Source of the DNA: Amphiscolops sp. MND2022 | Lineage: Eukaryota | Assembly (NCBI GenBank): GCA_964187785.1 | Contig: OZ076409.1 | Location: forward strand, 92,506,001 to 92,570,000 | Direction: 5' to 3' | DNA: 64,000 nucleotides | Part shown: one piece after another, positions 1-11,616 of the stretch | Numbering within the stretch: the stretch's first letter is position 1 | Layout: the number at the start of each line of letters is the position of its first letter | Program-made: the position numbers and the translations under genes | Notes under the pieces: model-generated | The model's input: the letters and a program-made list of their open reading frames with translations, nothing else | Database searches by the model: none | Told to the model about the DNA's origin: nothing

Positions 1-47
1 AGGACAACCTAGGACTGGAATGCTTATATGGAAATATTGAATGGCTC

Positions 48-284
48 TTGAATGAATTGTTTTCATGGAAAATTAATTTCATCCATCATTGTTTGGTACT
101 TTCGGGAAATGGTGCTACAATCTTATTCCACCAAAAAAAGCATATTTCCGATGAAAAATGAAAATGATTTCACTATCACTATAAATGATTGACATGAGTT
201 TCATTTCCCGAAATGTTTCATTTCCCGATAGTGCAAACCAATGATGGATGAAATAAATTTGCCCATGAAAACAATTCATTCGAA
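48..284. repeat. Imperfect inverted repeat (~65-bp arms, ~105-bp spacer), probable MITE remnant
   Basis: TTGAATGAATTGTTTTCATGG...TCGGGAAATG (48-111) is close to the reverse complement of CATTTCCCGA...CCATGAAAACAATTCATTCGAA (~219-284). Confidence 0.7.
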
Positions 285-583
285 ACTTCAAGCTCAGAGC
301 AAAAATAATGACTTAAAGAGAAATTGATCTGAAACACAATGGTTCTGCCAACAAAATGATCAACTAATTGTTACAGTGTTGCTTTTCATGAATTTCACTG
401 AAAAAAAATTTCAGATTTGCATGAAATAATCTGCTACATGAGTTAACGCCGCTCCTCTTATGCAAGGATGTAAGAATTATGCAATAATAATGCAAAGCAA
501 AAATTCAACAAGCCCAAACCGCAATACCCACCCCAAAAAATACCCAAAAGAGAATCAGAATAAATCTGAATTTCTTACTTTAA

Positions 584-1176
584 CCCTAATCAACGCAGCG
601 TTACGATATGGCAACATACCTTTTTTCAATTTCTAATCCGTTTTGCCAGTAGCCCATAATCTCTAGCACAGTTTTTTTCTCAAAAATTCCCTGGTACCTA
701 GATTGGTTTGAATGGCACAAGACTTAAGAAAAATGAATATGTCTCCAAAACTGAGAAAAATGACTTTTTTTGCACAAAATTTGACCTTTTTTCCTAAATT
801 TCCGTTTTCAACGAAATCCAGATTTCTCAAAAAACTTTGACCCATAACAAAAACCAATTCCATACATTTGCACAACCACTACCTTCGCAAATGATCCCAA
901 TAATATTCTGTTGTTACTACAAGCCCCCGCGTAGCGGGCCGCACGAAGTGCGTAACGGCCGCGAAGCGGCGGTACAGGAAAAAGAAACCAAAATTCTGAA
1001 GGAGGGGGGCGCGTGGCGACAGGAGCTCACCTGAGCAAAATGAAAGCCCAATACCAGATCTTTCAAACGCGCTATAGCTCATTTCTCTGGTAAGCGCAGT
1101 TGTCGAGATATTGATGCTTTAAAATTTTTTATCTAGTTTTTTGAAAACTTGCAAAAAAAACTTGGGTCAAAGAGGG
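584..1176. mobile_element. Possible piggyBac-type non-autonomous element
   Basis: TTAA|CCCT at 580-587 and AGGG|TTAA at 1173-1180; TIR similarity beyond 4 bp is weak; GC-rich CGCG(T/A)AGCG motifs inside at 925-975. Confidence 0.35.
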
Positions 1177-2299
1177 TTAATTATCAATTGTTTTTCGATG
1201 ACTATACATCGAACGAGATAGGAAACGCGTTCCCCGAATTAATCTCATCAATCTACTAAAGTTTCTTACATATAATTTATTCAATTATGCAGTTCAAAAA
1301 TCACGCAGACTTTTTTCTTAAAAAACCGGTGCGGTTCGAGATTCGAACCTGAGCCGCATTACCTTGCCAAATAAAGAAACCCCCATTCATGAAAGTATTG
1401 TTCATAGAACAAAATGTAAGAAACAGCCGACCAGTTTTTCAGTGCTGGAGTTAATGTTGAAACTAGTCATATACCCAAGTCGATCCGTTGTACATTTCTT
1501 GCAAGAATCTTGCAGAAGTGGAACATAGAAATTATCTTCAAGAATCTTGCAAGAATCTTAAGTTTCAGACAAAACCTGTCAGATCAGATGTTTTTTCAGG
1601 TTCAGACATACCTTGCGAGATTTTCGCAGTTAAAACAAATTCTGCAAGAAAAAATCTGGAATGTACCGAAAGCATTAAGGTTGTTTCTTAAGTTTTAGGC
1701 AAACCAGTTTTTCGTAGAACTATTTTTAATGTGATTTTTCCTAAATCAACCATTGTGACCTCCACTAAACGCTTGAGCAGCTGCTCCACGGTTTTTAGCG
1801 CTGGACACTGCTCGAGAACTTTTGCTTGTAATTGTCATTTAAGTGTGGTACAAAATGCATGACTTACTTTGGCATAGCGAAACGAAAGGAATGGAAATGA
1901 GAAACAGGTAGGGTCAATCTACTAGATGTGATAATTGTCTGGCATATGCAGTCGCGCGGACTTGAATGTGACCAAGGTTGTTGATAACTTGTATTTTTTA
2001 GAACTACCGATTTTTGGAGCTGCACTGATGCCACGATGGTGACCTACGACATCCGGTTGAACCGCGCCTTAACTTGCGACGATCATAATGAAGGAAGTAC
2101 TCAAGTGTACATGTACAGTGATATGTAACAGACGTCAGTGCGACCAGGAATTATGAACAATTTTTACTATATAATAGGTGCATACCGTCATCTGCGTCTT
2201 GGAAGGGATTTCAATCGACGGAAAAACGTCATGAAAGTGTTGATTGAGAAGATTCGAATGACACAAGATAATATATGAAATAACCAACCCAACAGCCCT

Positions 2300-3072
2300 T
2301 GTAACGGCAAGCTCTGGTACAGCAATATCAACCGATTTTGCAACTTTGACATGTTCAGAAATTTTGTCAAAAATTCTAATCCGATGTGTGACGTGGCACT
2401 GAGCATGTGATTGCTCTTTTCGCTGTTTCCACGAAATTGGCAGGTACTTCGACAACAAAGAGCAAGAACGAGCAAAAACACGGGCGCGCCGCTATGACAG
2501 AAGCCAGAGACGGCAAGAACATCCGAAAATAGACTCTTTTTGAGGTGCTAACAGCGGTTTTATCGATTTTCAGCATTATGCTACCCTATGTAGCGGAAAC
2601 CGTAAAAATGAGTCTTTTCGCCTAAAGATCCTTGTTTGGTGCTTCGAGCCCCTGCGCCCCAGCTTTTTAGCTGTGTGGTTTGCCATTTTCGTGCCTGTTT
2701 TCATGTATTTTCAGTGATTTTGGCTGTATTCAGTAGCGCTAGCGCTAGTTTAGATCTTATTCCCCAATTTTAGATCTTATTCACATGTCACCCTGGAACT
2801 GGAAATTTACCTTATTCTTGGCATTGTTTTTATATGCTAGTTAAGCGGTGGTCTTTAGAGAGCCAGAAAGATGCCCGTTACTATTAGCAATCAAAGACTA
2901 GGACCGGTTGGACAGTATTCGTCGAAGCACCCGTGGCCCCGGGACGTATTTCACCCCTGGAGCCAAAATGGATCTGTGGCGATGGGCGCCTGTCCCGAGC
3001 GATTCACCCATTCCTGCAGGTTCCTCCACCTCTGTTAACGTGTTAAGCGACCGATAACTGCTTGCCGTTACA
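2300..3072 (+). mobile_element. Solo LTR of a family related to Gypsy element A
   Basis: Perfect 13-bp terminal inverted repeat TGTAACGGCAAGC...GCTTGCCGTTACA; clearly homologous to 7649-8371; shares its 3' end (GCTTGCCGTTACA) with the LTR at 20422-21164; no clean TSD. Confidence 0.75.
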
Positions 3073-3862
3073 CCTGATGAAAATGTTTCAAAATTTCATA
3101 TTTTTCGTGATGAGCTATAACAATAAGTTATAACATTCTGGTAGCAAGTTTCAAGAACATATTCAAGAACATAGTTTTCATGCTCGAAATCAGCCGACAT
3201 AAAGTAAAACTGGTACGAACATTCAACATAACTAAAACAATTGCACTTTTTGAGTTTATTTGATTCATTTCAGGCACTTTTTTCCGAAAAAAATGATTTG
3301 CCCCAAAAAGTTCGCTATTAAGCTAATTGTTCGATCATTAAATCAGTGGATTTTCACGACATTAATTCCAATATTGTTTGTATGAAAACGCAAACCATGC
3401 ACATAACATGACTTCTAAAAAATTTTAGGCCTCGTTTTTTATGGTTTATCATGAAAAAAAATCAGTTTTCTTAAACGATTTCTTAGCGAAGTATTTGCAC
3501 TGATATTTGCTGCCTAACGGCGAATGGTCGACTCAAAGCTGTGGTTTCAAAGTGACTTACTCAAAGTCACAAAAATTTGGCTGCTGACCGTTGCTCGTTT
3601 TACTGTGCTTTTAATTGCCTGAACCAATTTTCGTGAAGATCATACCACTAAGCTAGGAGGTCAAGGACGTACTTCCAAAAATATCGAGTTCCAAGAAATC
3701 TGAACCTGATATCACCCAGTACATACATGTCGAACAATAACTTCTCTACCACGCTCCACCCTTGTAGCATTTTACCGTGACGTTGAGTTCTGTGGGCATT
3801 CAAACGCACGAAATCGTTCAAAAATGGTACCCAAATTTCATAGAATTGTCAAACTTTGGAAA

Positions 3863-4718
3863 CCCGGGTTGACCCTCTTACTAGCATCTTGGCTGTCTTG
3901 GCAAGATCTTGCCAAATTCTTACTACATCTTGGCAACCATGGATCCCATGGCAAGATTCTTATCAAGATCTTACTAAGATAATACTTATTCCAAGATCGT
4001 ATCTTATCACGATGGACAAAATTTTAAGATTATAAAAAAAAACACTATACCTTCGGTACAAGCAGTCGAGACTCAATCTAAAGGCTCATTTCACCCAACA
4101 ACGACTATTTCTACTCGTTTTCATAATCAAAATGCTTAAACCTGCTGGAAAAAATTTGCATGCAAAAATGCGTGAAAAATTACGATAACGTAGCCTGGCT
4201 TCCAAAATTTTGACGAGAATCCTAATAACTGCTCACCTGTTTAGGACTGAGAAATGCGAATGTACCAAATGAAAGGTCATTTCAAGGGCTTTCCAAAACT
4301 TGTAATTGAGTTTTGCAATTGAAGAAAGAACAACATCGATATCGAAATGGTTGTAAAAATCATTCAGTAATTTTGTTTTGAGTGATGTCTAGATTTTTTT
4401 TCATAACTCTTAATTTAATGGTTTTCTGATTCTACTTTTTCTCGATATCGAGCAGTTCGTAGCAATTTTTTTCTTGCCATATTCGGCTTCTTAGTTAGAT
4501 TTTTCTTGCCATATTGGGCTTCTTAGTAAGATTTTTCTTGCCATATTGGGCTTTTTAGTAAGATTTTTCTTGGAAACATGGCTCTCTTGATAAGATCTTA
4601 CCATGGCATCTTACAATTCTTGGCAATATCTTGTCACGATCTTAGCTAAGATTTTTCCAAGATCTTGGCAAGATCTTGCCAAGATCTTACTAAGATATCC
4701 ATGGAGGGTCGACCCGGG
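3863..4718. mobile_element. Non-autonomous DNA transposon (CMC/EnSpm-like MITE)
   Basis: TIR CCCGGGTTGACCCT / AGGGTCGACCCGGG, AA on both flanks (2-bp TSD), many subterminal CTTGGCAAGATCTTGCCAAG-type repeats. Confidence 0.75.
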
Positions 4719-5724
4719 AAGTTTATGCTTTTTTGGTCATTATGTGTGGACATTTCCGGGTGTATTTATCTAATTATCTAAAAGTGAGTTGAAAAATATG
4801 TTTCTATTTTACGTAAAAGCAATGAGCGGGAGCGGAAGTACAGAAAAATTAAAACTTTGAACTACAGAGAAAAAAAATGAATAATTTCCACCTATGAGAA
4901 TGAAAAAGATTAGGTAATTCAGTTATCACTCGCTATTCTCTCAGCACCCGAAGAAAATGTTTTTTTTTTGTTTTTGAAATAAATGAGAGCATATGGAAGC
5001 TAATATTTTGACGCGTTTTCACAAGGAACCGGAAAGGTAAGGTCAATTATGTCGGTATAATCTATATTATTTGTACACAATGGTCTGTTTCTGTTTTCTG
5101 TTCCTTTTGATGTACTTCAATTAATATGACTTTCTTTGAAGTGAAGAAGTCAATTCATCCCAATATGGAAGCATTTCAAGATCAAAAAGACAGAGGAACG
5201 AAAAAAGAGGCTTTAAGTAAGATATTATTATAATTACATAAGGGTTAGTTTCAAATCGCCTTATCTTTTGAAAGATCATGCAACGATAATCTCTCATACC
5301 AAAAATGGTTTTTGCGTTAAGCAATGTGAACATATTGATGACCCTTGAAAAAATTATTCACCTCTGCATCTCGAGATTTGAAAATTCCGTTCGGGAAACA
5401 CAACACGTATGATTGCTAAACAAAGCATGCTTATCTTTTTGATGGAGCTCAAAATACCTCTATTGGAACAAACACTTCATCAGTGAAACTACGCCTTGAA
5501 ACGTTAATTCCTTACACATCATTATTCCAAGAAGTTCCACTTTTATAAAGGAAAATCCATCCGAAAATAGGAATCAAAACACGTGAAATGTAATTATAAA
5601 CATCGGTGATAATTTTTAATGTAGTTCCTATCGACGTCCACAACTAGCATGTACTCTCGAGGCTGCCATGGTAAGTTCGTAAGATCTTAAGTTCAGAAGG
5701 TTTCATTGACTGCACAGAAATCTA

Positions 5725-6064
5725 GGAAAACTCGTCGAAAACAACTGGTCCAAAACAACTTATCGAAAATACTAGGAAGAAAATTCGTCGAAAAGCAACT
5801 CGCCAAAAATTCTGCGTCGAAAAATTGTTTCAATTACAGAAAATCAACTCAGCCGAATAAAATACAAACTTTGTGATCCTCTTGCATACCCAAAAAAGTA
5901 TTCTTACACTATAAACAATTTAAGACACTTAGCGCAATCATACAACAAAAATCTATATTGTGCGTAAAACTGAAAGTTGACGCGCCAATTAAAGACAATA
6001 AACGGCATTCGACGAGTTGCTTTCGACGAGTTGCATTCGGTGAGTTGTTTTTGACGAGTTTTCC
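5725..6064. mobile_element. MITE remnant with repetitive inverted termini
   Basis: GGAAAACTCGTCGAAAACAACT at the left end mirrors AGTTGTTTTTGACGAGTTTTCC at the right; short AACTCGTCGAA units in both arms. Confidence 0.65.
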
Positions 6065-7648
6065 GCATACCATCGCGAAGACCGAAACCTCAGCTCTAAG
6101 ATCATCAAATTCGAAGTTCCGGGCCGTGTTCGCCTTTTGATTCGGACCGCACGCACATTCAGAAGGTTTGTAAACCTAGCTGAAATTGTAATCGTTCAGT
6201 CTGCAATTACATACGAGTATAGCCATATATGGAAACAACTTCGAGACGTACATCCCAATACGATACATATGCCGCAAAAGTGGAATTTATCATCAAGTGT
6301 AAAGTATATTTTCCGTAAAACGAGAGCGAACCTTATTCTAGTCATACAGTGTATCGTGTTCATTGCGGATTGTGATGCACAGTGTGATCAAAAATTGCGG
6401 ACTGCGGTCATTGAGCGAAACTAGAGAAAAGTGGAAACCAGTCAAAGATTGTGTAACCTACAATTGACTCATCCGTAATGTGAATGAAGTTTAAATTAGT
6501 CAATTTTCGATTAGAATTCACATTGCGAGTAATTAGAAATATCATTCAATCAAAACGGGGAAAGTGATCAAAGTTTGACTACTTCACACCAAACAAACGA
6601 TACATCATATTGCTTTCTAATTTAACAAAAACGCTTCTCATTGTAATTGCCGTTGTGGCAGTCGGTAGTTATTTTGACTCTTTTACACTATTCATTTTGA
6701 CTGGTTTACTCTATTTTGACTAATTTACATACATACATTACATGCGTGAATACGCAAGGGTAGGAACAGGAAAGTGCCTTAATGTATTATGTTTTTTATT
6801 TTGTGTGATGATTGAGAATATTTTCTGAATGAAATTCGTGAAAGTGATGAGCAAGGAATTCATGATATAGATTATCGATGTTAAAGCGATGAATGTTGTA
6901 ACTTCTGTGTACACCGCATAAACCAGGAATTTGATGTGAACAAAATTGAAACAACTGTAAATTTCCATATTCACGGCCCCGCTGACCCATTGATGCTACC
7001 CAACACCTAACCGTTGATGTGAACAGACGAATCAGGAGTTCGAACCTTAATCTCACTTATATACTTACAAATCCAGTTTAAAAAATAACAACTCCAGGGA
7101 GCGAAATGGATTTCATTTTCAATTTTTGTTTTCTTGAGAAACGAAAAGTGTTTTTCAAGGACAGTAATTTTTCAAAACTTATTTTCTCAAACTGTTGTTG
7201 TCAATAGCTTCTGATGCTGGTGTGATGACTGTCGTCATATTAATTTATGTTGCTTTTGCAAGATCTATTCGCATCTGCGACAAAATTGCAGCAAGATCCT
7301 GTCCTTGCATATGTAGCTTCTCCGGATAAATGTTCATATCTCTCTGACGTACCCGTCATTTCCCCTTTTGAACTACAGCAACAGCTTGTATCTGAAGTAT
7401 TACTCTGTTGTTATATGTTTTTAGGCATTCTGTTTTCTAATATCCACATTACTAAAAAAGTTTGTCTATCTCCCCATTGAATTCATGGCTGATTTTTCTT
7501 GCAATAATTCCACGTTCTGTTTTAGCCCCCCAGTTTCCATTGAATTTTAAACTATAATTATGTATCAACAATATTAGTATTAAATATCCATATTTCATTT
7601 TCTCGGAATTATAAAACTCCAGTCGTTTCACTACTCACGTTCATGCCA

Positions 7649-8371
7649 TGTAACGATGATCACCTCTAAGATCCAAATACAGTGATTTTGCAATTGAAGA
7701 AATTTGGTGAAAAATTTTGATTCAATGTTTGACATGGCACTGAGCACGTGATTGCTCTTTTCGCTGTTTCTACGAAAATGGCAGGTAATTCGAAAACAAA
7801 GAGTGAGATCGAGCAAAAACATGAGAACAACCGCCATAACAGACGCCAGAGACTGCAAAAACCTCTAAAAATAGACTCTTTCAAAGGTGCTAACACCCGG
7901 TTTTTCTTGATTTCAGCATTAAGCCATCTTAAGTAGCGAAAGCCGCAAAGATGGATCTGTTTGCCTAATTTACGAATTAGTGCCTGTGGTTCACCAGCTT
8001 ACCAGCGGAATGTGGATATTGTCAAATAATTGTAGTGGACGAGATTGTTGTACATTGTTGTGATTTTAAGGCAACTTTAGATGTTCGTCCGCAATTTTAG
8101 ATGTTATTCCGCAAGTCACCCTAAAAGACGCGAATTTACATAAGTTCAGAGCATAATTCAGAGCGTAATTCACGTTACGGACAGCAATTAAAGACTTAAT
8201 CAGGCTGACAAGCGTTCCTTAGAGAAAGAATCCCCCTCCTAACGGGACAGTTTTTACCTCAGGAGGCAAAATGGGCCTATGGCTACGGGTGCCTGTCCCT
8301 GGCAAATACTCATGACACAGGTTCCTCCTGGCTTCATTGACGGAGAAGCAACAGTGACATTATTATTGACA
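7649..8371 (+). mobile_element. Solo LTR, diverged paralogue of 2300-3072
   Basis: TGTAACG...TTGACA termini; long blocks align with 2300-3072 (e.g. GGCACTGAGCA.GTGATTGCTCTTTTCGCTGTTTC); TSD not found. Confidence 0.7.
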
Positions 8372-9302
8372 ATTATATAAAAAAGAAACAATTGGCATTG
8401 AGTTTCATCAGTAATCTAGGAATAAATTTAAAATTTTTTTCTACCCATTTTGCAGAAATTATATCTCTTGAAAATTCAGGAATATTCTTTATCTCTTGAA
8501 TATTTGAAAAAATTGAAACGTTTCAAAATACGTACTCTTTGTATTCATTTTAGTCAGGTTGTTGACAGAGAGTTCTTTACATTTTCGACATCACCACTAC
8601 CACCACCACCACCACCACCACCACCACCACCACCACCACCACCACCACCACCACCACCACCACCACCACCACCACCACCACCACCACCACCACCACCACC
8701 ACCACCACCACCACCACCACCACCGAAACCACCACCACCACCACCACCACCACCACCACCACCACCACCACCACCACCACCACCACCACCACCACGTCCA
8801 CCACCACCACCACCACCACCACCACCACCACCACCACCACCACCACCACCACCACCACCACCACCACCACCACCACCACCACCACCACCACCACCACCAC
8901 CACCACCACCACCACCACCACCACCACCACCACCACCACCACCACCACCACCACCGCCACCACCACCACCACCGCCACCACCACCACCACCAGCGCTCCT
9001 TAGAGAAAGAATCCCCCTCCTAACGGGACAGTTTTTACCTCAGGAGGCAAAATGGGCCTATGGCTACGGGTGCCTGTCCCTGGCAAATACTCATAACACA
9101 GGTTCCTCCTGACTTCATTGACGGAGAAGCAACAGTGACATTATTATTGACAATTATATAAAAAAGAAACAATTGGCATTGAGTTTCATCAGTATTCTAG
9201 GAATAAATTTAAAATTTTTTTCTACCCATTTTGCAGAAATTATATCTCTTGAAAATTCAGGAATATTCTTTATCTCTTGAATATTTGAAAAATTTGAAAC
9301 GT
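8211..9302. repeat. 311-bp direct duplication (8211-8521 / 8992-9302) flanking the (CCA)n insert
   Basis: The two copies read the same apart from about 5 substitutions. Confidence 0.9.
8592..8992. repeat. (CCA)n microsatellite, ~400 bp, ~133 units
   Basis: Direct reading; a few interruptions (CTA, CCG-AAA, CGT, CCG). Confidence 0.97.
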
Positions 9303-11616
9303 GAAAGTGAAATTTGTGAAAGTTAATTCGCAATAAAATGGCGGCAAAATTGTTGACGTCCCAGGTGCATATAAAATTAGAACTGATGCACAATAAAACT
9401 TGCAGACCTTCACGGCTTGAAATTGTCGCCAACAATTTGATGACCCTTTCAAGCAGCCTTGATAAAAGTTGATGATATCAGGGAAATATTACCGCGTTAA
9501 AGTTTCCGTAAGAGATTTAAAACATCATTGAAAAAGTTGCTGGCAACTTTAAAGAACATATAAAACGTTTAAGCAAGTTCAACAAGGGTCCCTACATTAT
9601 GATGTGTGTTGGAAATCCGGTCTACACTAAAAAGTTTCCGGAAACTTTTACCTACCTGGCAAAAGCTCATCTTGCAAAGGTGGATGGTAGACCAAATGGT
9701 TCCCCTTTCGTGTTTTGTTTTCGCTATTGTGGGATTTTTATCTGATTTTTAAAATTGAAATGCCACATTAGGAATTTTTGCAAAATGAATTTGGATTTTT
9801 TGGGTGTTTTTCAGGGCTCGTGTGTTGAAAAATCATTCCGCTAGTTTTGAGTGACATCTTTGCCTATTTTTGGTCATATAAGACAGATGAATGATTTCCA
9901 AATTGTTGAAAAATGTACAATTTTTGTGGCTCCATGTCTCTTTTTAGGAAAATTTTTCTTTGCATGTTTGATGAGGCTTCGAGAGGTTTGCTGCTTCGCT
10001 TTCTTGATGTGTTCAGTTAAGCAAACGCATTTTTGAAGTCCAAAGGGTTACATTTTTGTGTAATTTCGGAACTTTGCGACCTTTGTTGCGGGTTTTTATA
10101 ACTTTTTCAGATGATAAAAAACTCTTTTTTACCATGAAAGGACCCGCTTGGACATTTTTCGTTGGAGCAATTTACGAAAAAAAACAGCAGTTCCACTGTG
10201 CTTGTTTTTGTGTCAAAGTTAAATATTTATTACCAGATCATAAATCCTAAATTTTTTTTCGTCTAAAGCATGTTTGATAGGGAAACAATCAGTGATGAAC
10301 GGATTGAGTTGAGCCGTTTTTTGATAATCAATGCCTTCGTTCAATCAACTACCCTCACTTTTTTTCAAACGTTGAGGTACGAAAAAACAAAAACAAACAA
10401 AACTAGTTGCTTTTGAGTTTTTATTGTGGATTCCAGGGTACTGCAGGGCTAACTGCCTCCGTATTGATAAACCGCAGTTTGACGCATAGAAAAAAATTCC
10501 ATGTCAAAACGAATGAAAGTGGTGAGTAAGTTTTTCTCCGTGTTCGTGGTTTCGAGTCCCCTGCTGGATCAAAATTTTTATGCTTATGAATGGAGGGAAG
10601 ACCAAAGGGCCGGCACTTTTGAGTTTCCTTAGCAAGAGACGACATTTCTCTGATTCCTTTCAAAACTGAAGGGCCTTTTTGGATTTTTAACAGGAACAAA
10701 ACGTTTTCCGAGCATAGAATATTTCTTTCGGGTTTTTTGGAGACTTGCGGAATAATATTTTCCAAAAAAATTTTTATTTCGCATAAGTTTGATTGATTTT
10801 TTGCCTAGGAGTTTCTATTTACAAGAAATCGTTTTCTGAGTCTTGAACTTTAACTCTTGAAGATAACCTTTTTTGGTTTTGGTCCTATGGAACGAAAGAA
10901 GTTTTTTCTCAATATTTGTAGACATTTTTCCACTGGAGGATTGCTACTTCGAATTTCTTAATGTTTTTAGTTTAGAAAACGATTTGACCGAACATAATAT
11001 GGAATATTTACGAGTCAAACATATGGAATATTTACAGTTGTCTTTTTTGAATCCTGAAATGTTCTCTCTCGGAAGGTTCTTCCTGTAAAATTATACGAAA
11101 ATAATAGAAGTGCCACTGCACCAATTCTTTTGACTTCTGAGGTCAGGAGAGAGCACTTCCTGCCTCAATTTATTGAGCAACATTTGCCTTTTCCGCATCG
11201 TCTCAAAAATCACAACTGATATATTACCTCCTGTAAAACTGGACGTCTGCTCAGTTAGACGAGTGTACGATTGATTAATTTAGCATGTAATTGGTTCACA
11301 GTTCCACTCACAACTGATATTGATCCCATAATTGGAATATGTCGTCGACACTTTCTCAACCAAAAATTTTTTAGAAACAGCTGATGGTCTTCCATTTGAT
11401 CAATCAGTTAGCTGAATGATCGTACAATTGAACCAGAGCCGCGGGTTTCAAAATTGGAAGCGAATTGTTCCCAGAACAACAGTTGTCTACTATAAATTTA
11501 TTCATACTTTTTGGATGCTTGTCGTTAATACAAAAGATGGGCTCGTTCTGTTGAAAGAACTGTCAGGTTCATAGTTTCATATTTTAGTTCATATTTTAGT
11601 TCATTATTTAGTTCAT

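Noticed and set aside
5121..7500. Short hydrophobic minus-strand ORFs as host exons
   Set aside because: No recognisable domain and no consistent splice chain could be built
8450..9112. Poly-Pro/poly-His/poly-Val ORFs as a host gene
   Set aside because: They arise automatically from the (CCA)n tract; the flanks are duplicated LTR sequence with no supporting gene structure
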